A DNA stretch of 64,000 bases from positions 5,823-69,822 of the forward strand of contig JAYKJI010000366.1 of assembly GCA_035285405.1 (NCBI GenBank), in the 5' to 3' direction. Numbering within the stretch: position 1 is the stretch's first letter; each line of letters opens with the position of its first letter. Below, one piece after another: positions 9,339 through 17,570 of the stretch. The notes beneath the pieces are model-generated. The model was not told where the DNA came from. It made no database searches and worked only from the letters and a program-made list of their open reading frames with translations. Made by a program: the position numbers and the translations under genes. The stretch is from Snowella sp. Lineage in GTDB: Bacteria; Cyanobacteriota; Cyanobacteriia; Cyanobacteriales; Microcystaceae.

Positions 9339-9974
9339 ATGACCTTTCAAAACTACGAATACCAGTGGCAAAGTTCCCAAGCTGTACATTCCCATAGCTT
9401 TTATGCCCCTGTTCTTTTGTCTATGTTCCCCTCTCCCCCTAGTCAATCAGGACACCCACTAAAAGTGCTTGATTTGGGCTGTGGTAACGGTAGCTTAACT
9501 AACTTAATTTGCAATCAAGGCTTTGAGGTAACAGGAATAGAAGAGTCAAAATCTGGAGTCGAAATAGCCACTAAAACCTTTCCTAACTGTCGTTTTCTAC
9601 AACAAAACCTTTACTCTCCTCCCCCCCCCGAACTCTTGAACTATTTTGATATAGTGGTTTCATCGGATGTCATTGAACACCTCTTTTATCCCAGAGAATT
9701 AGCCCGTTTTGCAAAACAATGTCTAAAGCCAACAGGCCAGCTAATTATCACAACACCTTACAATGGTTATTTAAAAGATCTTGTTTTATCTTTACTTAAT
9801 GGTATGGATCGCCATCATACAGTCCTCTGGGATGGTGGACATATTAAGTTTTTCTCGGTAAAAACCCTTTCTCAATTGCTTCAAGAAGAAGGTTTTGCGG
9901 ATTTGCGGTTTAAATTTGCTGGGCGTTTACCCTACCTCTGGAAAGGTATGTTAGTGTCCGCTCGGTTAAAATAA
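9339..9974 (+). CDS. class I SAM-dependent methyltransferase
   Basis: 211-aa ORF. Canonical motif I 'VLDLGCGNGSL' and 'DIVVSSDVIEHL'. It contains a C9 homopolymer at 9620-9628. Confidence 0.75.
   Translation: MTFQNYEYQWQSSQAVHSHSFYAPVLLSMFPSPPSQSGHPLKVLDLGCGNGSLTNLICNQGFEVTGIEESKSGVEIATKTFPNCRFLQQNLYSPPPPELLNYFDIVVSSDVIEHLFYPRELARFAKQCLKPTGQLIITTPYNGYLKDLVLSLLNGMDRHHTVLWDGGHIKFFSVKTLSQLLQEEGFADLRFKFAGRLPYLWKGMLVSARLK
9620..9628 (+). repeat. C9 homopolymer tract inside the methyltransferase CDS (encodes part of the PPPP run)
   Basis: Direct read: t-ccccccccc-g at 9619-9629. Confidence 0.9.
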
Positions 9975-9983
9975 AACTCAACG

Positions 9984-10436
9984 ATGCCCAGTTTCCTTGC
10001 TCTGTTACCCAGAGCCTTGACTACTTTCTTGTATGCCGTTGCTGCTCTACTCAGATTTTATGGAAACACAGACACCGCCCCCTTCCCCCAACTGCCCTTT
10101 ACCCTCCTCGACTACAGTCTCCTGGCCTTTGCGCTGGGGACAGGGTCTCTCATGGTTAATCTCGGCCTTGAGTGGAACGCTGGAAATCGAAGCCGAAACC
10201 GAGAGATTGAAGCAAGAGAACGCGAGATTAAACGCGATGATTTTGCAAACGAGGAAAGAGAAAGGGCAGATCGAGAACGAAACCAAGCAGATCGAGAAAG
10301 AGAACGAGCGGCTCGCCGAGCTAGAATCCAAAATCGATTCACTGTTCTCCAAATACGGTATCACCTCGAACCTAGTGAACAAACCCAAGCAGCCTTAAAA
10401 GACTTTCTTGCTTTCCTCGAAGAGTATGTTGAGTAA
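9984..10436 (+). CDS. hypothetical protein with hydrophobic N-terminus and highly charged R/E-rich helical segment
   Basis: 150-aa ORF and the longest of several overlapping frames. The N-terminal hydrophobic stretches and the structured-looking C-terminus ('ALKDFLAFLEEYVE') favour this frame. Confidence 0.4.
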   Translation: MPSFLALLPRALTTFLYAVAALLRFYGNTDTAPFPQLPFTLLDYSLLAFALGTGSLMVNLGLEWNAGNRSRNREIEAREREIKRDDFANEERERADRERNQADRERERAARRARIQNRFTVLQIRYHLEPSEQTQAALKDFLAFLEEYVE

Positions 10437-10476
10437 AGACCAAAACTTTTGAATCTGTAGATTTTTTTGATTGATT

Positions 10477-11247
10477 ATGAATGTCTTAAGCCTTGCCCCC
10501 CCCCTACCCGTACTTGAAAGCTTAACATTGCCCGGTCAAGATCAACTCCCCTGTGATGATGGTGAACCCATGGAAACCCAACGCCACAAATTACAAATGG
10601 ACTTATTGATTGAAGTCTTGGATTCCTGGTTAGAAGGTAGGGAAGACGGTTATGTGGGCGGTAATATGTTTATTTATTTCAGCCAAGCTCAAATTAAAAA
10701 CCAAGACTTTAAAGGGCCAGATTTTTTCGCAGTGACGGGTGTTTCCAAGAAAGAACGAAAATCCTGGGTTGTCTGGGAAGAAGAAAAAGCACCGGATGTT
10801 ATTATTGAACTTCTTTCGGATAGTACCGCTAATCAGGATAAAACGATTAAAAAGGAGATTTACCAAAATAAAATGCGGGTCAGTGAATATTTTTGGTATG
10901 ACCCTTTTAATTCAGAGGATTTTGCTGGCTTTACCCTCAATAATGGGATTTACCAATCCCTCCCTTTTAATGAGCAGGGCTGGTTGGTGAGTCAATGTTT
11001 GGGATTAACCCTGATTCGTTGGCCAGGACAATATCGAGGGGTGGAAGCGATCTGGCTACGCTGGGCGACCTTGGAGGGCGAGGTTCTATCTACAGGTCAA
11101 GAGTTAGCTCAACAAGCTCAACAACAAGCAGCATTAGCCCAACAACAAGCAGCATTAGCTCAGGAACAAGTAACATTAGCTCAACAACGCTCTGACAAGT
11201 TAGCAGCCAAGTTGAGAGAAATGGGTATTAATCCCGACGAAATTTAG
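10477..11247 (+). CDS. Uma2 family endonuclease with C-terminal heptad-repeat tail
   Basis: 'PDVIIELLSDSTANQDKTIKKEIYQNKMRVSEYFWYDP' is the Uma2 core. The first ATG is at 10477 (the track used TTG at 10471). The C-terminus has (QQQAALA)-type repeats. Confidence 0.8.
   Translation: MNVLSLAPPLPVLESLTLPGQDQLPCDDGEPMETQRHKLQMDLLIEVLDSWLEGREDGYVGGNMFIYFSQAQIKNQDFKGPDFFAVTGVSKKERKSWVVWEEEKAPDVIIELLSDSTANQDKTIKKEIYQNKMRVSEYFWYDPFNSEDFAGFTLNNGIYQSLPFNEQGWLVSQCLGLTLIRWPGQYRGVEAIWLRWATLEGEVLSTGQELAQQAQQQAALAQQQAALAQEQVTLAQQRSDKLAAKLREMGINPDEI
10496..10504 (+). repeat. C9 homopolymer tract in the N-terminal codons of the Uma2 gene
   Basis: Direct read: g-ccccccccc-t at 10495-10505 (codons for APPLP). 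Confidence 0.9.
11119..11181 (+). repeat. 3 x 21-bp in-frame tandem repeat (caacaacaagcagcattagcy)
   Basis: Units at 11119-11139 and 11140-11160 differ at 1 base. The third unit, 11161-11181, is degenerate. Together they encode heptads QQQAALA / QQQAALA / QEQVTLA. Confidence 0.85.
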
Positions 11248-11301
11248 TTTGAATACGCCAATTCAAAGAGATAAAAGCGCGATCGCCCTTTAACAAAAAC
11301 A

Positions 11302-11646
11302 ATGCCCTACCTTACGCCACTATTGGATAAAGCTATAGCGAATCGCCGTCAGCAGAACGAACAACAACGTTTAATCGTGATTGAACAGGTTATTAGGTGG
11401 TTAGAATCTAAGGCTCAAAATTATGGCATTCCACAAGCCTATTTGTTTGGCTCTGTCGTTCGTCCCTATGGTTTTGGTCGTTACTCTGATATTGATCTTG
11501 CTGTAGAGACGATTGACCCCAACTATTTCTTTCAAGCTATGGCTAAATTGTCAGAGCGAGTTGGGCGGGATGTCGATCTCGTTGAACTTTCTAAATGTCC
11601 TTTCGGCGATCGCATCCGTCAACAGGGTCTGTTATGGAAACCCTAA
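11302..11646 (+). CDS. nucleotidyltransferase domain protein (MntA-like antitoxin family)
   Basis: 114-aa ORF. 'YLFGSVVRPYGFGRYSDIDLAV' is the minimal-NTase G-S...D-x-D motif. Confidence 0.7.
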   Translation: MPYLTPLLDKAIANRRQQNEQQRLIVIEQVIRWLESKAQNYGIPQAYLFGSVVRPYGFGRYSDIDLAVETIDPNYFFQAMAKLSERVGRDVDLVELSKCPFGDRIRQQGLLWKP

Positions 11647-11780
11647 ATTTAGCTTTATTAGCAGCAGATCTAGCCGCTCAACGAGTCACGATTGATCGGG
11701 TATTTGCCCTTCTTCTAGATCGTTCTCAAAATCTATCTCCTGATAATCCAGAAAAAGAAGTTTTTTTACAAAAATTGTAA
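11634..11780 (+). pseudogene. possible truncated HepT/HEPN-type partner of the nucleotidyltransferase
   Basis: An ATG overlaps the NTase stop (ATGGAAACCCTAA) and opens a 48-codon ORF, METLNLALLAADLAAQRVTIDRVF... From memory, the usual partner is ~120-140 aa with an RxxxxH motif, and no such motif is present here. Confidence 0.3.
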
Positions 11781-11814
11781 TTAGCAAATAAAGTTCTAAT
11801 TTTAGACGATCAAT

Positions 11815-12603
11815 ATGAATCTCGATAAAATTACCCCCTTAATACTAACTTATAATGAAGCACCAAATATTCAACGAACGTTAGAAAATTTAGCATGGGC
11901 AAAGCAAATTGTTATCATTGACAGCTTTAGTACTGACAAAACTCTAGACATCTTAAAAAAATTTAAGCAAATTATCCTCTTCCAAAAACAATTTGAGTCT
12001 TTTGCCGATCAATGTAACTATGGCCTGTCAAAAATTGTTAGCGAATGGGTATTATCTCTAGATGCAGACTATCTCGTAACAAAGGAGCTAATTCAAGCCA
12101 TTCAGCTTTTACCAGATCAAACATTAGTTAATAGTTTTAGAGTACAATTCAAGTATTGTGTGTTTGGAAAACCATTACAAGGAACTCTTTTACCACCTCG
12201 CAAAGTTCTCTATAGAGGTAAATATGCAAAGTATAGCAATGATGGTCATAGTCATAAGGTGATTGTTGATGGTTTATCTGAGCAACTTTCTGGATATATT
12301 TATCATGACGATCGCAAACCATTAAGTCGCTGGCTTTGGGCCCAAGATCGTTACATGATCCTAGAGACCCAAAAGTTACTAAACACACCTAATGCAGAGC
12401 TAAGTATTGGTGATAAAATTAGAAAATTTAAGATTTTCTCTCCTTTTATTGTATTTTTTTACTGCTTATTTCTAAAAAAAGGTATTTTGGATGGATGGGA
12501 AGGCTGGTACTATGCAATGCAACGTATGTTAGCAGAAACTTTACTCGTTATTCATTTGATAGAAGCTGAAAAGCTTGGTAATAAACCTCAATCGTTAGAG
12601 TAA
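11815..12603 (+). CDS. glycosyltransferase family 2
   Basis: 262-aa ORF. The N-terminus 'ILTYNEAPNIQRTLENL...IIDSFSTDKT' and 'SLDADY' (DxD-like) fit GT2. Confidence 0.75.
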   Translation: MNLDKITPLILTYNEAPNIQRTLENLAWAKQIVIIDSFSTDKTLDILKKFKQIILFQKQFESFADQCNYGLSKIVSEWVLSLDADYLVTKELIQAIQLLPDQTLVNSFRVQFKYCVFGKPLQGTLLPPRKVLYRGKYAKYSNDGHSHKVIVDGLSEQLSGYIYHDDRKPLSRWLWAQDRYMILETQKLLNTPNAELSIGDKIRKFKIFSPFIVFFYCLFLKKGILDGWEGWYYAMQRMLAETLLVIHLIEAEKLGNKPQSLE

Positions 12604-12608
12604 TTCTT

Positions 12609-13616
12609 GTGTCTAATCTAAAACAAAGCCCTTGTATTTTGGTAACTGGTGGAGCTGGTTATATTGGTTCCCATACTGTTTTGGCTCTAAAAGAGAAGGG
12701 TTATTCTGTCATTGTCTTAGATAATTTAATCTATGGACACCAAGACTTAGTAAACAATGTTCTGGCAGTTCCTTTCATACATGGAGATATTAGCGATCGC
12801 GCTTTACTAGACAACCTTTTCTCCACCTATAATATTCATGCTGTTATTCATTTTGCCGCCTATGCCTATGTAGGTGAATCGGTTGAAGATCCTAGCAAAT
12901 ATTATAGAAATAACATGGTAGGTACATTAACGCTTCTCGAAGCCATGTTAGCTGCAAATATCAAAAAATTTGTTTTCTCTTCTACCTGCGCTACCTATGG
13001 AGTTCCAACGGTTTTACCCATCCCGGAAACCCATGCTCAAAACCCCATCAATCCCTATGGGGCAAGTAAGTTAATGGTAGAGAGAATGCTTCAGGATTTT
13101 GATAAAGCCTATGGTTTAAAGTCAGTTATTTTCCGTTACTTTAATGCGGCAGGAGCTGATCCAAATGGTCGCTTAGGAGAAGATCATCAGCCTGAAACTC
13201 ATTTAATTCCCCTCACTTTGCTCACTGCTTTAGGGCAACGCTCAACCATTAATATCTATGGAAACGATTATGTCACTCCTGATGGAACTTGCATTCGAGA
13301 CTATATTCATGTTTATGATTTAGCGATCGCTCATATTCTTGGCTTAGAATACTTACTCAATAATAAAGAAAGTAACATTTTTAACCTCGGTAATGGCAGT
13401 GGTTTTTCTGTTAAGGAAGTAATTGAAACAGCTCGTCAAATTACTCAAAAAACGATTACAGCCATCGAATCACCTCGTCGAGAAGGCGATCCTCCGATTC
13501 TAGTCGGTAGTGGTGAAAAAGCCCGAAAATATTTGGGATGGCAACCACAATATATTGCCTTAAGCGACATTATTTCTCATGCTTGGCAATGGCACCAAAT
13601 TCGGCACTCATTCTAA
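12609..13616 (+). CDS. galE: UDP-glucose 4-epimerase
   Basis: 335-aa ORF with a GTG start. 'VTGGAGYIGSH', 'SSTCATYG' and 'YGASKLMVE' (YxxxK) are all present, and the full-length GalE pattern holds. Confidence 0.9.
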   Translation: MSNLKQSPCILVTGGAGYIGSHTVLALKEKGYSVIVLDNLIYGHQDLVNNVLAVPFIHGDISDRALLDNLFSTYNIHAVIHFAAYAYVGESVEDPSKYYRNNMVGTLTLLEAMLAANIKKFVFSSTCATYGVPTVLPIPETHAQNPINPYGASKLMVERMLQDFDKAYGLKSVIFRYFNAAGADPNGRLGEDHQPETHLIPLTLLTALGQRSTINIYGNDYVTPDGTCIRDYIHVYDLAIAHILGLEYLLNNKESNIFNLGNGSGFSVKEVIETARQITQKTITAIESPRREGDPPILVGSGEKARKYLGWQPQYIALSDIISHAWQWHQIRHSF

Positions 13617-13692
13617 TGGTCTTAAAACTATAGTTTGTTTTAAATTTTCATTGTTTTACCCTATTTTTACAACGATTTTCTAACACTGCAAA

Positions 13693-14235
13693 ATGTACCT
13701 TGATAACTATAGAACAGATGACTATCACCCCGGTGCCCCTACTTTCAAACAAATACTGTGGTTTTTTATTGGCGATTTTTTAGTTCAAACCTCACTAATT
13801 CCTCTAGCTGCGTTTAAGGTTTTTATTTTGCGCTTATTTGGTGCAAAAATCGGTCAAGGGGTAAATATTAAGCCCCAGGTCAAAATCAAATTTCCTTGGC
13901 GTTTAGTTATCAAGGACTATGTTTGGTTAGGAGAAAAATGTTGGATTGATAACCTCGCTCCCGTAACCATTGAAAGTCATGTCTGTATTTCCCAGGGAGT
14001 CTATCTTTGTACTGGAAATCATGATTGGAGCGATCGCAATTTTAAATTAATAACCAAAGAGATTTATATAGAAGAAGGTAGCTGGATTGGAGCCTCTGCC
14101 ATGATCGCTCCTGGTGTCAGAGTCGGAAAAGGAGCAATTCTCACCTTGGGTTCGGTGGCCGTCAATGAATTAGCGCCGATGACCATTTATGCTGGCAATC
14201 CTGCTCATCCCGTAAAAATACGGAATATTTGCTGA
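13693..14235 (+). CDS. WcaF-like polysaccharide O-acetyltransferase (hexapeptide repeat)
   Basis: 180-aa ORF. 'ILRLFGAKIGQGVNIKPQVKI' and the later hexapeptide turns 'GSWIGASAMIAPGVRVGKGAIL' resemble colanic-acid WcaF. Confidence 0.7.
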   Translation: MYLDNYRTDDYHPGAPTFKQILWFFIGDFLVQTSLIPLAAFKVFILRLFGAKIGQGVNIKPQVKIKFPWRLVIKDYVWLGEKCWIDNLAPVTIESHVCISQGVYLCTGNHDWSDRNFKLITKEIYIEEGSWIGASAMIAPGVRVGKGAILTLGSVAVNELAPMTIYAGNPAHPVKIRNIC

Positions 14236-14484
14236 CCATAGTATTTTGGGGCTGTTCAAATAAGAGTTTTATCATGAAATCATTATCCTGCCACCGCTAC
14301 TATCGAATCACTACCATCTTTTAGTTACTAGTTGAGTATAATTACAGATGATGGTGACCAGTACAAAACCCTATGATACTTTAACGAGTGTTTATTTATA
14401 ACTATTTATAACCGATTCTTAAAAATCCCAATAGAGCGATACTGATAAGCTTCTGTGTACTAAAAACTGCACCTTTTTATTAAA

Positions 14485-15777
14485 ATGATACTAACTAATT
14501 TATCTAATCCGCTAAGTTTAAATGGGGAGCAATACTTGGACAGGCAACTGTGTAATTTATCTATTATTACTGAGTTCTTTCCACCTGATTATGCGGCAAC
14601 CGGACAATTAATCGAGGAATTGGCAACCCAGTTAGAGCAGCAAAACATCAAAATTGAGGTTTTTACCGGTCAGCCCAACTACGCATTTTCCATCTCCAGG
14701 GCGGCTGCCTTGGAACAACGCGGTAATATGCGAGTTCAGCGATCGCGCTCTACTCAAGTTTGGTCTAGACGAATTCGCGGTAAAACCCTGAATGGCGTTC
14801 TTTTTACTGTGCGAGCGTTTTTACACATCATTAAAAACATTCGTCACCACGATTTGTTTCTCTTGACCTCTGCTCCCCCCTTTCTCCAAATTGCTGGCTA
14901 TCTTGCCAATCGACTTTGTTTTGGTAAAGTTTCCTATCTTTGTTTAATCTACGATCTCTATCCAGATATTGCTGTTAATCTAGGCGTAGTTGCTGAAGAT
15001 CATTGGATTGTGAAGATTTGGCAATCGATCAATCGTCAAATTTGGAAGCAAGCCAAAGGAATTATTGTACTCAGTACGGGAATGCAAGAAAAAGTAGCAT
15101 CTCTCTGTCCAGAAGTTGTGGATAAAATCTCTGTCATCCCTAGCTGGAGCGATCCTGAGGCAATTATTCCTAGGGAGAAAAAGAATAATTGGTTTGCCCA
15201 AAAGCATGATCTGGTTAATAAATTTACGGTTCTCTATTCAGGAAATATGGGACGGTGCCATGATCTAGATACAATTATGGAGACTGCCAAACAGCTGCAA
15301 TCTGAGCCGATCCAATTTGTTTTTATTGGTGGCGGCCCCAAACTAGATGAGGTTATGGAAACTGTCAATCAATGGCAACTTACCAATTGTCTTTTCTTGC
15401 CCTATCAAGATAAAGAAGTATTACCTTACTCTTTGACGGCCTGCGATCTCTCTTTAGTCAGTGTCGATGTCGGACTAGAAAGTTTAGTGGCTCCGAGTAA
15501 ACTTTATTCTGCGTTGGCAGCAGGGAGACCCGTTGCGGTTATTTGTTCAGAACAGTCCTATTTACGGCCGTTAATTGCGAAGGGAAAATGCGGTATCAGC
15601 GTTAATAATGGAGATAGTCAAGGTCTGACAGACTTTATTCGTTGGCTGGCTGATCATCAGGAATCCGCGTCGGAAATGGGGCAAGCTTCCCGTCACTATT
15701 TGGAGTCCTGTTTTACGCCTAAAATTATTGCGGCAGAATATCTTCAGGTTCTGATAAAATCTCTCGACCGAGACTAA
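14485..15777 (+). CDS. glycosyltransferase family 4 (WcaI/WbuB-like)
   Basis: 430-aa ORF. The N-terminus 'ITEFFPPDYAATGQLIEELATQL' and the C-terminal GT-B half fit this family. Confidence 0.7.
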   Translation: MILTNLSNPLSLNGEQYLDRQLCNLSIITEFFPPDYAATGQLIEELATQLEQQNIKIEVFTGQPNYAFSISRAAALEQRGNMRVQRSRSTQVWSRRIRGKTLNGVLFTVRAFLHIIKNIRHHDLFLLTSAPPFLQIAGYLANRLCFGKVSYLCLIYDLYPDIAVNLGVVAEDHWIVKIWQSINRQIWKQAKGIIVLSTGMQEKVASLCPEVVDKISVIPSWSDPEAIIPREKKNNWFAQKHDLVNKFTVLYSGNMGRCHDLDTIMETAKQLQSEPIQFVFIGGGPKLDEVMETVNQWQLTNCLFLPYQDKEVLPYSLTACDLSLVSVDVGLESLVAPSKLYSALAAGRPVAVICSEQSYLRPLIAKGKCGISVNNGDSQGLTDFIRWLADHQESASEMGQASRHYLESCFTPKIIAAEYLQVLIKSLDRD

Positions 15778-16063
15778 GAACTAACTAAGCTGTTATTACT
15801 TTAAGTGTAAAAAAGATGGGGTAAAAAAACTACCGCCTTTGCCTGGCACCGAATGCTAAAACCCTTATCGGGAAAGAGATCTAAGCCCATAGTGGCCAGA
15901 ACGAAGAAAAGGGGGTCAAATAAACTATTGCAAATTAAACTGATGACAGCTTAGCCCAAGGTGAGTATTTTAAAATAACGACTCTTTTTTTGATGGTTAA
16001 ATTATGGTAGTTTATACCATAATAAGGTTAACAATTAAATTTCTGGTCATCGGGTGACAGCCC

Positions 16064-16780
16064 TTAGAGACAAGGGACTTGGGGACGAGCCAGAACAACC
16101 ATAATGCGGTCTAAATCTAATTCGGACAAATGATCAATGGCCCAGTTAGCCTGTCGCTGCATAAAGTGATAGGGATAGGTATGGGCAACCCCAACAACCG
16201 ACATTCCCGCTTGTTTAGCAGCTTGAATACCCACGGGGGTGTCTTCTATTGCTAAACATTGTGATGGTTCTAACTGTAAGGTTGAGTCTAAGCGATTCAG
16301 TTGCTCAAGGGCGAATAGATAACCATCGGGTTGGGGTTTGCTGGTAGGGATATCATCTCCGGCAACGATGACAGAGAAATAGGTTAGTAGTTCTGCTCTT
16401 TCAAGAATATTGATGACCTCAGAACGAATTGCTCCAGTTACTAAACCGATCGCTAGACGATGAAGTTGAATTTGATCTAGGAGTTTTCTAATCCCTGGAT
16501 AGAGGGGAAGAATATCTAATTTTTCAATTTTGGCTCGATAGAGTTGTGCTTTTTTCTGAATTAATCGAGTCAGATAGTCTTCGGTAATAGTTCGCCCCCG
16601 ATAGCTTAACAATTCTCGTAAACAGACGCGATCGCTTTTTCCTAAGCAAAATTGATAGTATTCTAAGGCAGAAATGGGGCGTAAATTTTCCCCCACAATG
16701 AGGTCGTTAGTAATCTCTCGATGAATCGATTCATCATTAATCACAACCCCATTAAAGTCAAATAATATGGCCTTTAGCAT
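16064..16780 (-). CDS. HAD-superfamily hydrolase (beta-phosphoglucomutase-like subfamily IA)
   Basis: 238-aa ORF. Motif I 'AILFDFNGVVINDE', and later 'LVTGA' and 'CLAIEDTPVGIQAAKQAGM'. Confidence 0.8.
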   Translation of the reverse strand: MLKAILFDFNGVVINDESIHREITNDLIVGENLRPISALEYYQFCLGKSDRVCLRELLSYRGRTITEDYLTRLIQKKAQLYRAKIEKLDILPLYPGIRKLLDQIQLHRLAIGLVTGAIRSEVINILERAELLTYFSVIVAGDDIPTSKPQPDGYLFALEQLNRLDSTLQLEPSQCLAIEDTPVGIQAAKQAGMSVVGVAHTYPYHFMQRQANWAIDHLSELDLDRIMVVLARPQVPCL

Positions 16781-16783
16781 CTT

Positions 16784-17257
16784 TTAACATAACGACAATT
16801 GCGATCGAGAATAGGTTTCTGGCAATAGATTGAGCAGATCAGTTGGCTCATTGAGAAACGTAACACTATCACCGTTGGGAATCAGGGTTTGTCGATAAAA
16901 TTCTTGGGTTTGGTTCTCGGCATCAGCAACCAGAACTTTCGCTTGATGTCCCTGAAGAAGCACTTCACGGCGATCGCGGGTTTCATAGGCATAAATAATC
17001 AGCAAATCGCCAGGTTGACAAAGCAGTGCTGCGCCACCATTGGGGCAAATTTCTCGACTGCCTGGAGTCCCTGGAATAGCGTAGGTCGAAAAACGATGAC
17101 CATTATTGAGATTGATAATATCGACTTCTTCTAGTGGCAAAATACCAACCATTTCCAATAGTTCGGGATCGATAGAAATGCTACCGACATAATTAAGATT
17201 GGCTTCTGTGACTCGCACCCGATGGAGTTTGGCGTGCATTAGTCTAATTGTTCCCAT
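16784..17257 (-). CDS. panD: aspartate 1-decarboxylase
   Basis: '[24 protein letters not shown]' includes the G-S self-cleavage site. There is a C-terminal extension of ~30 aa. Confidence 0.85.
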   Translation of the reverse strand: MGTIRLMHAKLHRVRVTEANLNYVGSISIDPELLEMVGILPLEEVDIINLNNGHRFSTYAIPGTPGSREICPNGGAALLCQPGDLLIIYAYETRDRREVLLQGHQAKVLVADAENQTQEFYRQTLIPNGDSVTFLNEPTDLLNLLPETYSRSQLSLC

Positions 17258-17570
17258 TTGATTGTCCTGTTGACTAACTGGGGGTAACTGAAGGATTGCA
17301 GTGATTGTACAAAGCCAATACTACTTTAGCATTTAAAAAAAAACTGTAAAATATTTTATCAAGTTGGCGTAAATTTCAGTGTTAAGTTTCCCTAATTGCT
17401 CAACATACACCCTAATTTTTAAAATATCTATTTCGTTGATCAAAATCACAAAATATCTATTCAAACCGATAATCAGCCATCGTACAGATCGAAAAACATG
17501 GTGGAACTTAGAGCCTTCCTTGAGTCCTTGATAAATGTTAGAGCGTGAAACTTGACAATAAAATGCAGTC

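Noticed and set aside
10033-10398. Alternative + frame ORF (121 aa) and antisense ORFs 10047-10388 and 10112-10342 overlapping the 9984-10436 gene.
   Set aside because: These are most simply a by-product of the purine-rich 21-nt periodic sequence. Only the 150-aa frame has a plausible start context. The ambiguity is reported as a finding rather than as extra genes.
14248-14254. The word GGGGCTG resembles the 5' end of cyanobacterial tmRNA.
   Set aside because: The whole gap is only 249 nt. It has no T-arm or acceptor 3' half and no tag-peptide reading frame.
16001-16023. 9-bp perfect hairpin (attatggta / taccataat) between the convergent GT4 and HAD genes, considered as a bidirectional terminator.
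   Set aside because: The T-run precedes rather than follows the stem on the + strand, and an A-run follows it on the - strand, so it does not fit a canonical intrinsic terminator.
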